The notes beneath the pieces are model-generated. The model saw only the letters and a program-made list of their open reading frames with translations. It did no database searches and had not been told where the DNA came from. Below, one piece after another: positions 1 to 13,268 of a DNA stretch of 64,000 bases (its first letter is position 1; every line of letters begins with the position of its first letter). Both the position numbers and the translations under genes were made by a program. This stretch comes from Paragordius varius (Eukaryota > Animalia > Nematomorpha): NCBI GenBank assembly GCA_964247055.1, contig OZ176050.1, positions 14,446,001 through 14,510,000 of the forward strand, written 5' to 3'.

Positions 1-1921
1 AAATGGTTTTGAACAGAAAATATTTCATGTTTTATTACATAATTTATATTAACCATTAAAATTTGGGGTTTTTTTTTCATTTCAATTAAACTAAACCCGT
101 CTGGTGTACCTTTTTATGACCTTTGTTGTTTTTAATTTTTCGATGCCTTTTTATTTTTAGCAAACACATTTAAATTTTAACAATTTTTTTGGTTTTACTG
201 TATGTTCGTTAAAAACATAAAATTTTCACACATAAAACTTACGTTGATTATGGGTCCTGCGAATAACGTGCTCTAGGAATGTGTTTTGGGGAGCCACTAA
301 CCCCTTCCGCGAATTCGAGATCATGATAGTTTTTGAAAATTTTTGTAATTTTTTAGGATAATATATCTACATGTTCATATTTTAAGGATGGTTATTTGTA
401 AAACAATTGATAAAGTAGAGGCATATATCCTCACTTGGCCTCACAAAAATTTGCCAATTGAATTGCGCTAAATGCTGTTTTTTTCTATCTATTGGAGAGA
501 ATGATTTAAGTCATAACTAATGAATTAAATGGAATTTGATGAGTTCGTTAAATCTTTCACTAAAGAGCTGGATCGAATTGGTTAGATTAATTATTTTGGT
601 GGAGGTATGTCCAAAAAATCAAATTATTAATTGGTAAATTGATTGATATATGACAATTTTTTCGCTCCAATTATTTTGGATTGTGTTGTTTGTTTAAAAT
701 GATGTGAGAATATGAAAATCCACAAAACCGAGAAACATAAAAAATATTTCATTTCACCATTTTGAAATGTCAAAAATTGGTTGACAAAAATGTGTATAAA
801 TTAATAGCCTTTTAGCTAATTTTTTTTGGCTCTAGCAAAGTGTTGATCGTTTTATGATGAATTTATTATTATTTTGACAATAAGGAGACAAATATTTTTA
901 TTACAACTACTTACTATTGTCCTCTCGTTTTCACCTGTATTATAGTTGAACGAAATATAAATGTATTCAATAATAGCTATCTATTAGTATGATAACATGT
1001 AGAAATTTAATTTACAAGAATAAAAACAAGTAGCCTTTTAAAAAAATACAAATAGCATATATAATATATATATATATATATTTCTAGTAAGGTAGTAAGC
1101 AGAAATGTATATACAAGCAGCGAGCTAAATGTTTTAATACATTGTTTTCATTTTCAATTTAAAAGATACGTTTGCTTATTTTTTCAACCATCTATTTATA
1201 AGTATATGTTTGGTCTCTTTATATTCGCATAATTTCGACTTTAGTATGTAATTTTTCATAAATGAATTATTTCAAAAACTTTGACAAAGGCAATATTTAG
1301 CGGTTAAATTTTTTTAGAATTCATATTATCTAACGCTTTAGGATAATAATAAATTCTTGTCTATCAAGCTAAAAAATTTTCCCTTATAAATTATTTATAA
1401 TTTTTGAAAATCTCCTGTGATCAGAGTTTTTTAACTTTAGGCAAACAATTTGATTGTCAAGTTTATCATTTTTAAAACAATTTTTTGTTTACAATTTTCA
1501 AGTATTTTTTTGATAGGACAATAAAATATAAGCGTTTTGAGGCTTGGTCAATATCTTAAAAATTGAGATAAATTGTCATTTAAACCAAAAATAATTTATT
1601 TTTATGAACTTTTATTTTCAAAATATATTATGTCCATTCATAGTACATTCATATTAATTGGCAATATTTGGTACATCTTGTAGGAAAAATTGGTAAAAAT
1701 TATTTAATATATAAAAAAAACAAATTTTTAGCAATTAATATAGTTTTTGATATCATTGTTTATTTTTTATAAAAAAATATATTTTAAGCTTATCAAACAT
1801 ACGATTCGCATATGTTAATGCATTCATTGACTGTCAGACAATTTTATAATTTTAATCAATAACCTTCCGTCCCTTACTTTATAAATTTTCAGATTATACC
1901 AAGCAATAATTCTTTTAAAAG

Positions 1922-1922
<1 letters not shown>

Positions 1923-1962
<40 letters not shown>
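1923..1962. repeat. (TA)n microsatellite
   Basis: About 20 units. Other (TA)n tracts at about 13230-13265, 22751-22776, 23957-23985 and 57166-57211. Confidence 0.95.
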
Positions 1963-1968
<6 letters not shown>

Positions 1969-3168
1969 TTATTTAGCCTATAATAATAGGCTAAATTCAA
2001 ACATATCTCATTATAAATGGTTAAAAACATCGCGGTCCGAAATAGCACTCTTATTATGAAATCAGTATGATGTGATGAAATAATATGGTCAACAAACAGT
2101 GATATATATATATATACATAAATTATTTAAATAAAATTTATCATTCGTGTTATATGATAATAAAATGTGCAATATATGGATATTTAAAAAAATTCAAAAA
2201 AAAACAAGGATATGACCTTGACCTTAAAAAATAGAGTCCTAGAGATTTGTCATTTAATATATTCACACTTAATAATAATAATAATAATAATAACATATCA
2301 TTCGTTTATTTATCTTTAAATATTTCAAATTAATTTTAAAGTACTGTGTCAGACCAGATTTTTTTTGAATAATTCAAAAAATGAGTTTCAAATATTAATT
2401 TTGATATTTTTGAATCAGTGTAAAATTATATTATTTTACAGTAGGGTATAGGATTAAAAAAAATTTATCATTAAAAAAACCAAATTATAGGTAACTTTTT
2501 TTCAACCATCCATTTTTTACCATACGTTACGAGTGATTCAAATTTATCCAATTTCAAACCATATTTTGCGGTTTTTTGTCAAAAACCTTAATAAGATTTA
2601 AAGAGCAGGAATATTTGAAATAAAGGAAATAAAAAAAACTTCATACGTATATATATATCCTTTAAAACATTTGTAATTTAATTTATTCTGTACAAAAGAA
2701 AAATCAATTGACCGTTAATATCTGTTGTGATATCTACTCAAATATTAAAGCTAACACATTATGAAATGTATGGTTAATTTAACAATTTACCATACTGGAT
2801 TTCAAATTTTCAAGGATATATTTTTTTATTTAGCAATCAATGCAAAATTAGATAATTTTCTGGATATCAGTGTTTTTTACTGATAAATGGCTTCGCGGAC
2901 CGCATTTTGAAACAAGAAAACACGGCAGGCCACATTTGTTTGAAATATATATATGGGCTTTCATATTTATTTTATTAAATTTTAAAGAAATGTTAAATGC
3001 ATATAAATTATTTTTTTTGCTTATGTATTGCTAATTGGAAAATTCAGAAAATTTGTTTAAAAAATATCAATTTTATTAAAATCTCGTCATTTTTTTGCAT
3101 ATGTATTTGTGGGTCGCACATTATGTCTTGAAGGGCGCGGTTGGACACCCCTGTTTAAACATTAAGTA

Positions 3169-3442
3169 CAGTAAAAACTGAAATTATACGGACAAACGTA
3201 AAAATATAAAGACAAATATTTTTTTCTAAAAGACCACCATATTTTTTTAAATCCTGATTGTTTTAAATTTCAAAATATAAAATAGAAATTTAAATTGGTA
3301 GCACAATCAATTATGTAGTTTACGATTGTAATTAAGTATTTTTTGTAGCAAAAATTACGGTTCTAAAAAATATGGCTGCCTTTTGAAAAAATATTTGTCT
3401 TTATATTTTTACGTTTTGTCCGTATAATTTCAGTTTTTACTG
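3169..3442. mobile_element. MITE family A (TA-CAGTAAAAA...TTTTTACTG-TA), Tc1/mariner-like
   Basis: Near-perfect TIRs of about 85 bp with TA flanks. Further copies at about 4115-4382, 4578-4860, 5182-5452, 11790-12035, 12385-12670, 25050-25340 and 42985-43250. Confidence 0.85.
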
Positions 3443-4114
3443 TAAAAGAGTGTACCCTGACCACCATACCATTCAAAATTTGATTCAAGAAATCTTATAA
3501 AGGTCTTTAAATACCAAATTTCGCAGACAGACAAAATCTCATAAATAATTTAAAGGCTTCTATATTTATGTAGGGCATTTTTTAGCTTTTTATTATAAAT
3601 TAAAAATAGAGATTTACGATATTTAAGTACAGGAATTAGGCGTCTATTCTTAAACAAAATCCATGTTTTATCCAGTATGACCCATATTAGTGTTATAGGT
3701 ATGCAATGGAATAGTGGTGTTAAAATTCTGTTTCAAATTAATGAACAAAAATTAAATTTACTTAAACTTAGCAAATTTTTCAGCAAGGTTATATTTTATT
3801 TTCATCTGGGCAATTTTTGTTTACTATTTATATAATTGATTGTTTCAATAATAATATATTATGGGCTATTTAAAAAAAGGTGATTATTAGGTTATATAGT
3901 GAAACATAGTTATTAATAAAAGTATAAAGAAACAAATATACACGAAAAAATATTTTTGTTAAAAAGACAACCATATTTTTTTAAAATATTTTTAATTATA
4001 ACTTTATTATTTGGGCTACAAAATATCATAGAGAGAGTAAATTTGTATCAAAATATATCTATGTTTTACAACCGCCTTACTCTCTCATTTAAAAAATTTG
4101 TCTTTTTATTTTTG

Positions 4115-5452
4115 CAGTGAAAATTTAAATAATACGGACAAAACGTAAAAATATAAGGACAATCATTAATTTTAACCTTAATTTTACTCATATAAGCTAT
4201 TTAGTTACAATTACAAAATATAGAATTGATGTTTTGGTAATACATAACTCTCTTTCATTTGCTATTTAAAACAATGAGTTATATGGAAATGAATCAAGAT
4301 TTAAAAAGTATGGTTGTGTTTTTAAAAAAAATATTTGTCTTTATAATTTTACATTTTGTCCGTATAAGTTCAGTTTTTACTGTACATTTTGTCTGTATAT
4401 TTTCAAATTAAAAAATTTACATTGATGTAAGGCGAATAGCTCTAATGTAAAATTTGTATTGTCCTATGCCACCCCGTTTCTAATACAAGAGAGAAAAACA
4501 AATAATTGATTATGACAAAAAATATAGCCTTATTAATTCCGTATTTGTACCAATATTTGCCTCTCAATTAACATTTACAGTAAAAATTGAAATTATATGG
4601 ACAAAACGTAAAAATATAAAGACAAATATTTTTATCTAAAAGACAACCATACTTTTAATTCTCAATTTTACTTATATAACTCATTGTTAAGAAATTCAGA
4701 TTATAAATTAGAGACGTATATTGGTAACTCAATCAATGACATATTTTATGATTCTTATAAAATGGTTTTAATAAGATAAATTAGGGTTTAAAAAAGTTGG
4801 GGTTATCTTTTGAAAAAATGTCTTTATATTTTTACATTTTGTCCGTATAATTTCAATATTAACATAAATAATTATCTATCGTTACTATAGGTTGGTAAGT
4901 ATTTATTTATTTATCATTCAAAATTTTAGGTAAAAAATAAAATGTTACGAAAACATAAAAACTAAAAGACATATTATATAACAGTTTTTTTTAAACCCTG
5001 CTTCCATAAAATAAAACTCAACATTTTTGTTACGAAATAGGGAATATAAATGTAATTGTTAATATAATTAATTAAATGTTTTAAAACCGCAATACCATGT
5101 GTGAGGTAGGAAAGTATGGTTTTATTAACACAGTGTACGAAATCGGGGGTCATGAAAAAATATCTTCACATGAAATAAATACAGTAAAAATTAAAATTTT
5201 ACGGACAAAACGTAAAAATATAAAGACAAATATTATGTTTCAAAAGAAAACCATACTTTATTAATCTTTTAATTACAATCGTGAATACATAATTAATTGT
5301 GTTACGATTATACATCTCAATTATGTACTTTGCAATTTAAAACAATGAGTTAGTTATATTTAAAAAAAATAAGATTTAATTAGTTAGGTTGTCTAGAAAA
5401 GAATATGTTTTTAGATCTTAACATTTTGTCCGTATAATTCCAATTTTTACTG
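4115..5452. mobile_element. Cluster of three family-A MITE copies
   Basis: Repeated TIR core TACGGACAAAACGTAAAAATATAAAGACAAATAT and its reverse complement at 4115-4382, 4578-4860 and 5182-5452. Confidence 0.8.
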
Positions 5453-5516
5453 TATATTCTGATAAAATGTGTATCAGGATTATCTGGTGCTTTGGTCCCA
5501 TACGAGTGAAAAAAGA

Positions 5517-6292
5517 AAGTTATTTACACTTTTGTGCTAATTCCTCCATAACGGCTAAATTTGAGCACATTTTTTGTAATTGTTTGAGATGAAAGCTAAA
5601 TGCTTTATTTAATATCACTAAAATATATCATAAACGACTTATACAAAGCGAAACAATATTCTTATAAATTATAATTTTTGGATGTGTGCTCCTAAAGAGA
5701 TATGATCTTCTAAAATGGACTAGTTCTTTTAAAATAAAGTTAAAAATGGCAGGATTGCACGATAAAATTTTTTAGATATATGATAAATTTCGACATTAAA
5801 AAAATATTTTTTAAATGCATACTTCTTACAAAAATTTAATTTTAGCAAAATTTTGTTGAGAAAAAATATATAATTTGATGATGCCAAACAAGATTCATTT
5901 ACTTTTAAATTTGGTGTTTTATATTAAAACAATTATATAATAAATTAGACAAACGAATATTAAGGTGATAGAAATTTTCATCCTTTTTTAGAAAATGTCT
6001 TATTTTAATATCTAAAAGCCTTTTTATATTTTTATTATACCTAAAAAAGAATGAGGTACGCAACATTAGCATGTATTAGAAGAGCAAAAAAATGGAATTT
6101 TCGGAGACCATATCTAAAAATTAAATATTATAACATTTGTTTTGCTCTTTATTAGTAGTTTATGATATATTCTAGTGATATTTTTGGAATGAAGCATTAA
6201 GCTATCATCAAATAAATTTTATTATAAAAAATGTGCTCAAATTTTGCCAATTTCTACTATGGAGCACTTATCACAAAAGTGCAAATAACTTT
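5517..6292. mobile_element. Non-autonomous TIR element with inverted arms of about 190 bp, nested in an older TIR element (about 5140-6390)
   Basis: AAAGTTATTTACACTTTTGTG...AAATTTGAGCACATTTTT on the left is mirrored by AAAAATGTGCTCAAATTT...CACAAAAGTGCAAATAACTTT on the right. An outer inverted pair lies at about 5465 and 6305-6345. Confidence 0.65.
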
Positions 6293-9200
6293 AAATAACT
6301 TAAGCCCCAAAACCAAAATCACCATGAGATTCCTGATATATTTTTTTTATTGGAATATATATAGATCTCATCATGATATTTTTGTGTACACTGTATAATA
6401 AAATACTTTCCGAAATATATTATTCCCTTTTGTTAATTAATAGATAACACTGGACAACAAATTTTTCTGCCATTCGAGTTTTTTGAATTTTCTGATATTT
6501 AGTATAATTTAAACAGAAAATCTGAAATAATAATTATATCTCGTTGGAAGTATTTTGTATAATTTGATTTTTTTGATTATGCGCCCTCTTTATCAAAATT
6601 TTACTAAAAAATATTTTTCTTTCAAAATATACAAGTAATGCCCATTTGTAATATATCATTCGAAAGAGTAATAAAAACTCTATAAAATGCATACTAATAT
6701 GTATTACATCAACACTTAATATTGGACACAAAGAGCGACAAACGCGCGAAGCGAGAGCATTTTTTTTAATTATTATATATTTAAAACTAATGGATGAAAA
6801 TAGCTCAAACTTTGTTTAGATGGTGATGAATGTCCAAAAAAGATAACACAAAAAAGTTTTTTTGATTAAAACATTTTATTATTGCTTTTATGTCACTCAA
6901 AACACCCATTTTTAGGTTTTTTGTTTTTTAAAAACTACCATCTCATCAATATTAATTTATTTTCTTTATAATGCTGATAATTTCAAAATTTTAAAGATAA
7001 AAACAAAGTTTAAGGTATTTTTGATCTTTTATAGCCATTATGGAATAAATTTACAGTTAGAACTATGCATTTTAGTATCCACTAGGTAAAAATTTATGAT
7101 AATAATAATTTTTATTAAAAAAGCTAGCCAAAAGCTTTTTCAAACATTTTTTTTAAATTAAATACTAATATAACCCTAATAATTATATTAAAATAATTTA
7201 TATGATTTTCAAATTAGTTTGTCTGTGAAAATTCTTGACTTATTTAAGGATTGAAAATTTCTACCATTTAAATCCAAATAACTTTTACATCCGATTGATT
7301 TAAATGACTTACTACCATTTAAAAAATGCAGTTTTTTGTGCTCTTACGAATGATATAAAATACATGGCTTCATATCTAAAACATTTAATTTTCGAAATTT
7401 CGAGTTTAATGTTAAATCGGGGCCAAAAATTATCGATAAACTCTAATATAAAAAAATTCTTCCATGCTAGACCAATTTTCTTTTCAGATATATTAATTAT
7501 GTACTTTAATAAAATAAATTTTAAATTTACAAGAATGGCAGTTAAAAAAAGTTATTTGTTGTCTAGTGTAATTGAATTAGAAAAATATATACAGGTATTT
7601 GTCATATTAAATAATAGTAATCGGATAATATAATTGATTCAAAAGTTTACTGAAAGAATTAAATTCAAAACCTTAATCAAAACCACGATAATTAGCCACG
7701 AAAAATTAACAAATAAGGTATAAATATTTTATACATCTTTAACTACTTGAACGCAAAGAAAAATTTTACAAAGTTTCATTTTTTTTGAAAAACAAAATTC
7801 GTAAGTCACAAAAGATTTTAATTTAAAAACATCCAAAAATACCGATATTTGAAGAATAAAATCATATCCCTTGAGATGATAATTAACAAGTCATAAAACT
7901 ATGTTTGACAATTTCAGTAGCTGTTTTTTGTAAAATGTCCAAAGTTAGAATTAATTAATAAAAAATATGATGAAAGAAAATTAACAGATAAACTCAGTAC
8001 ATATGCAAATTTCAACATGTCTTAAATTTTTGACAGTAAACATTCTTATATAAGAACATTGATGAAAATGGCTTTGCTACGTTCAAAAAAGCCAAGATAT
8101 TAAAATACACATCTAGTAAAATTATAGGTGGGATTTTTTCAAATTTCGTAAAAATGATTTCTAATCAAAAATGCAGTTAAGTTTCAACATTAAAAATTGT
8201 TTTTAACTAAAGCCTAGATTTACATAGACAGAGTGCTTTTCCAACAAATTTTAAATGTGCGCACAAAAAATTTTTACCTGCATAAAAAATGAAGAAATAA
8301 CTATCGTAAGAGGCGATTTTAAAGTGTGCAATCACAAACGAAAACACGTAATCCAGTCATAACAACAATAATAATATGTATATATGATTCCTATTTATCG
8401 ATTTTCCCCTTTTTGGATATTTCTATATTTTTACAAATCTACTTACTAATTTTTTAAAAGTATTTTTTTTTCCTATTTTTCAATTGGTCGTTTGGTTCAG
8501 TAAAAGAACTGACAAGCACAACACATAATTAAAATTTATAAGCAACTAGATCGAAAACTATAATTTCAAATTATCTTTTTTAAAATATATATTTATATGG
8601 ATGTAATGTGTAAGAGATATTGATGGTTATTTTGTTTACTTTTTTCCTCAATGAACCTTTTTTTGCCATTTTTAATGATTGCAGTTACGTCATCTTGTTT
8701 TTACGAAATTTTTAAGTTTCGGGTTTATTGCCAACCATTAAATTTGTCTGGGGTTAGTATGGTTTTGTCATTTTAAATTACTTACATTAAAAGGTTTGCC
8801 ATTATTAAAATTTTTTTAAATTTTTCAACCGTAAATATGTTATTTTTCAATTTCAAAATTTTAAGTTTTTTATATCCATATGTATTCAAATTCAAAAAAA
8901 TATTTAAACTTAAGGTCAAACTCGTATTAAGTCAATACAAAAAGAAAAGATATATATATATATGGAAATAGTTAAAGCCAATGGGACATATTAAAATATG
9001 ATAATTTAATTTTTTTATAACTAAACGACACATGTTAGTACAAATTACTTTATTTATATAATAATAAATATGGAATGAGCATACATGATATGTTAATGCA
9101 AATTAAGCCACAAAATAAGCTTTTAAAGGAGTTGGCCTGCGTAAGTTTTTTTCAATCTTATGGTATGTATACATAAAAAATAGCTAATTCAATAAAAACA

Positions 9201-10990
9201 AAAGGCAAAATCCAAATTTATGCTGAGTGGCGGCTAATAAAAAGCTTTTCTTTGAACTTCTTTACTTTATAATATATATATCCATGTACTTTGCAAACCA
9301 TAAATTTTTTTAAGTACATTCTGTGTTTATTGCCAAACATAAAAATCTAGCGTCCAAAAAAGTTAAACTTTCTTATAGTTAAACATTAAATTCTTTACTT
9401 ACCCATTGACGATTTTGTAGTTTTATTTTTTGCAGTTTAAACATTTAAAGCTAAAATATTAATTTAAAAACCATTTTTTTTGAAAAGAAATTTGGTTCTT
9501 AACTTTCAAATTGGACGATATGCACAATAGCTTGTTAAAGTATACATAATATGTTAAATTTTTGGTTTCGTAACCATATAGTGTGAGTTAAGGACACCCC
9601 AATCCGATAAAAATTTGCGATCAAACGCCCATTTAAATGCAACGAAAAAAAAACTGTCAACAACTGATTTGCGACATTTAAAATTATTATTATATAATGT
9701 AAAACTCTCGTATTCATTTTAATAATAATAGATGCTAAAGAAATTAAAAAGCTTTAGATTAAAAATACATTGCTAATTTAATTTAAAAAAATTGGAGTTT
9801 AATCAAAAATTATATTATCCGAAATGGACCAATAAACAAAAAAAAAACCAAAAAATATCAAAGCAGTCGCGAAGATATGAATGCGTATAGGACACTCCTG
9901 ATTCAAAGATATATTTTATTGTTTGATATAAGCTAATTTGTAAATATTTATATAACAAACTACATTTTATATTTAACTATACAGTTTGGTTAACACATGA
10001 TAAATTATATTAAAAATTATAATTTATTTAATATTATGTGGGTAGATTTTTATGTTGCCCTCTCATACCTCTAGTAAAAAAAAAACCAGGCCAAAATAAA
10101 AGCTGTAAAAAAGATTTTTATTAATTCTCAATTCCTCTCTTATTTTTAATAAACTAGCTATAATTATGCTTTATGTGAGCTCGTTCGGCTAAAATCCTAT
10201 ATCAGTTTATTATATGTGCTATAGTTCAAACTTTATATTTATAAATTTTACCCAATTATATATGTTTTAGTTAATCTCAAATATTAAGTAGTACATTTAG
10301 GCGTTGTGTGTTCGGTTAAAATGGTAGAAGCAATTCTAAATTTCTAAAAAACTGCAAAAATGAAAATTGATGCGATATTCCTTCTAAAGGATTCCATAAT
10401 CCTTTTCCTAATCTTTAAATCCGATTTAAATGTTAGCTATAATAATAATAATTTTAATTATTATATTTATTTAAATTAATTAATAGAAAAATCACAATTC
10501 CAATTATATATATATATATAAGATATACTTTGTTTCAAAACAATTTCATGCATTTTTATGTAATAAAATAATATTTTTTCTTATAATTAAAATATAATTA
10601 AGTCACAATTGCTAAGATTCATTGTAGTTTATATTTGTGAGGCGGGAAACGGATGTTTAATAGAAGCAAAATTAATATTTAGTAATATATTTTAATATAG
10701 ATAAATAATTTTTCAACCAACCACAATAAATGCCAAATATAAGATCAGATATATGATTTTAATGATTTTAAAATTTATCTTTCAAAAGTATATATAATAT
10801 ATAATTTGATATCTTTATGTGATTAATCCCAAATTGCATTTTTTGAATACATTTGCCATACAAAACCACAATCATCATATATTTTAAAGTAAAATTTTCT
10901 GTAAAGTGATAAAACAACTCATTTATAGAAAGTATTAATGACTATCAAAGATTTAGGGTTAAAATTTTGCCATTTTTTTCTCGTTTTTAG

Positions 10991-13228
10991 TTAGGGCATA
11001 GCTTGAATGCGTTGATGTAATTGATGAAGTTCATCCGCTATAACTGGAGGTAAATCTTCAGGTAATTGTTCCTGAAAATATTTACTAATTTCCAAGCATT
11101 CCTGTGTCCAAAAATCTTTGGGAATATCAAAGAGCGCATTGTAATCAATGGCCAAATGTTCAAGGCCTTTAAGATTTATAGAACCAGGTTTAGGGATATA
11201 ACCTATGGGTGTTTTTACAGCCACATCATCACCCCGGCAGAACCTTAGCAAACAAACACACACACATATATTTTACACTAAAAGAAATTAAAATTATACC
11301 ATTTACAGTTCAAATTTACCCTTGAACAATTCAAATTCCCCCCTTGAACAATTCATATTCACCCTTCAAATTCACCCTTGAATAATACAAGTTTACCCTT
11401 GAACAATTCAAATTTACCCTTAAACAATTCAAATTTACCCCTGAACAATTCAATTATACACGGACAAAAAACGTGTAAAATTATACCATTTACAGTTCAG
11501 ATTTACCCTTGAACAATTAAAATTCCCTCCCGAACAATTCATATTTACTTGTGAACATTTTAAATTCACCTAACAAAAAACAATTGGTTCAAACTAATAT
11601 AACTCATTATTAATATGTAATATATCTTTATAGCACAGTTTATTCTTTTTTCAGTATTATTTTAACTAAAATTTTATTTTTCAAAAATATTATAAAGTAC
11701 TGGTAATATTTAATTTCATAAAGCACACAATTTATTTGAGGGTGAATTTAGATTGTTCAAGGGTGAGATTGAATTGTAAATGGTATATAAAGACAAATAT
11801 TTTTTTGGTAAAACACAACCAACCATACCTTTTAAACCTTGGATACATTTAAATAAAACTCATTGTTTATGAAAGGTAGGTGAAAATGTATATTGGCAAC
11901 ACAATCAATTATATATTTGACAATTTTATCTAAATAATTTATATAGGATAAATCTAAGGTTTAAAAAATCAGGGGTGTCTATTGAAAAAAAATATTAATA
12001 TATTTTTACGTTTTCTCCGTATATTTTTTTTACTGTATTATTATAAACAATTTATTCAATATTAATATGGGACAATACCGAAAAATAAGAAAAAAATACG
12101 TCTTACGTATCCAATAATTATTAATAATTTAAATTAGAAATTTTTAAATAAAAAATGTTGCTATTAAAAAACAACCATTTTTGCTCGAAAATTCATTTAT
12201 TTTTAATAAGCAAAAAAAACTTCTAAAAAAAGAATATTATACGAACCATATTTAGTAAGGCTTAAACCACAACCCTTAAAGTGTTTTTTAATGGCCTTGA
12301 ATTTATTATAAATTTTTTGATGGACATATTTTATGTATAATTATTTGCAAATGTTTCATAGACAGTTATGAAATTACATTAAAAACGGATATTATACGGA
12401 CAAAACGTAAAAATATAGGGACAAATATTTTTTATTTAAATGACAACCATACACTTTTTTAAATCTCAATTTTTCTAATATGAATTATTTAATTACAATT
12501 GTAAAATATATTATTGATTATGTTACCAATATACATAAATCATTTTCATACTTGTATTTAGTTATATACATCAAGAAAATAACGATTCAAAAAGTATATG
12601 GTTGATTGTGTTTTGGTATATCGAAATAAATTCCTATCTTAATATTTTTTGGTATCCGTATAATTTCAATTTTTAGACACAACAAAAGCAAAAAAAAAAC
12701 TATAAACAATAAACCCTACCTATAAATCCAATCAACTATCCGACAATTCTCACCAAAGCCTGGCCATAAAAATTCACCAGTTTTAGCGTTTTTCTTGAAC
12801 CAATTAACGTGAAAAATGTGAGGGAGTTTACGATTAGGATACTTGCTTTTATCACCCACATCAAGCCAATGTTGAATGTAATGACCAAAATTGTAACCAA
12901 AGAATGGTCTCATAGCAAATGGATCATGCATAATCACTTTAGCTAGTAAAAATTTTTCGAAAAATAAATATTAAAATATAAAATATGACAATTACTACAA
13001 GTAATCTTTGTCAAACGTAAAAAATAAAATTAAAATATAAACTGGTTTGACAAAGATTACTTGTAGTAATCAAAATATCATAATAAATTTATATATTTTT
13101 TGCTGAATTATTGCATATAAAATATGAAAATGCAAAAATAATAATGTCATACCAATTATTACTCAAGCAAAAAAAGGCTTTGAAAAAAAAACGTAAAAAT
13201 GTATTAAAACTTATTTATCCATAAATTA

Positions 13229-13268
<40 letters not shown>

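Noticed and set aside
6730-6760. GCGCGAAGCG mini-hairpin resembling a Helitron 3' end
   Set aside because: No CTRR terminus and no 5' TC partner identified.
1-10990. Short ORFs at 1824, 6534, 7304 and 9535 and an exon-like stretch near 520-610
   Set aside because: AT-biased, microsatellite- or MITE-derived, with no motifs and no phase-compatible exon chain.
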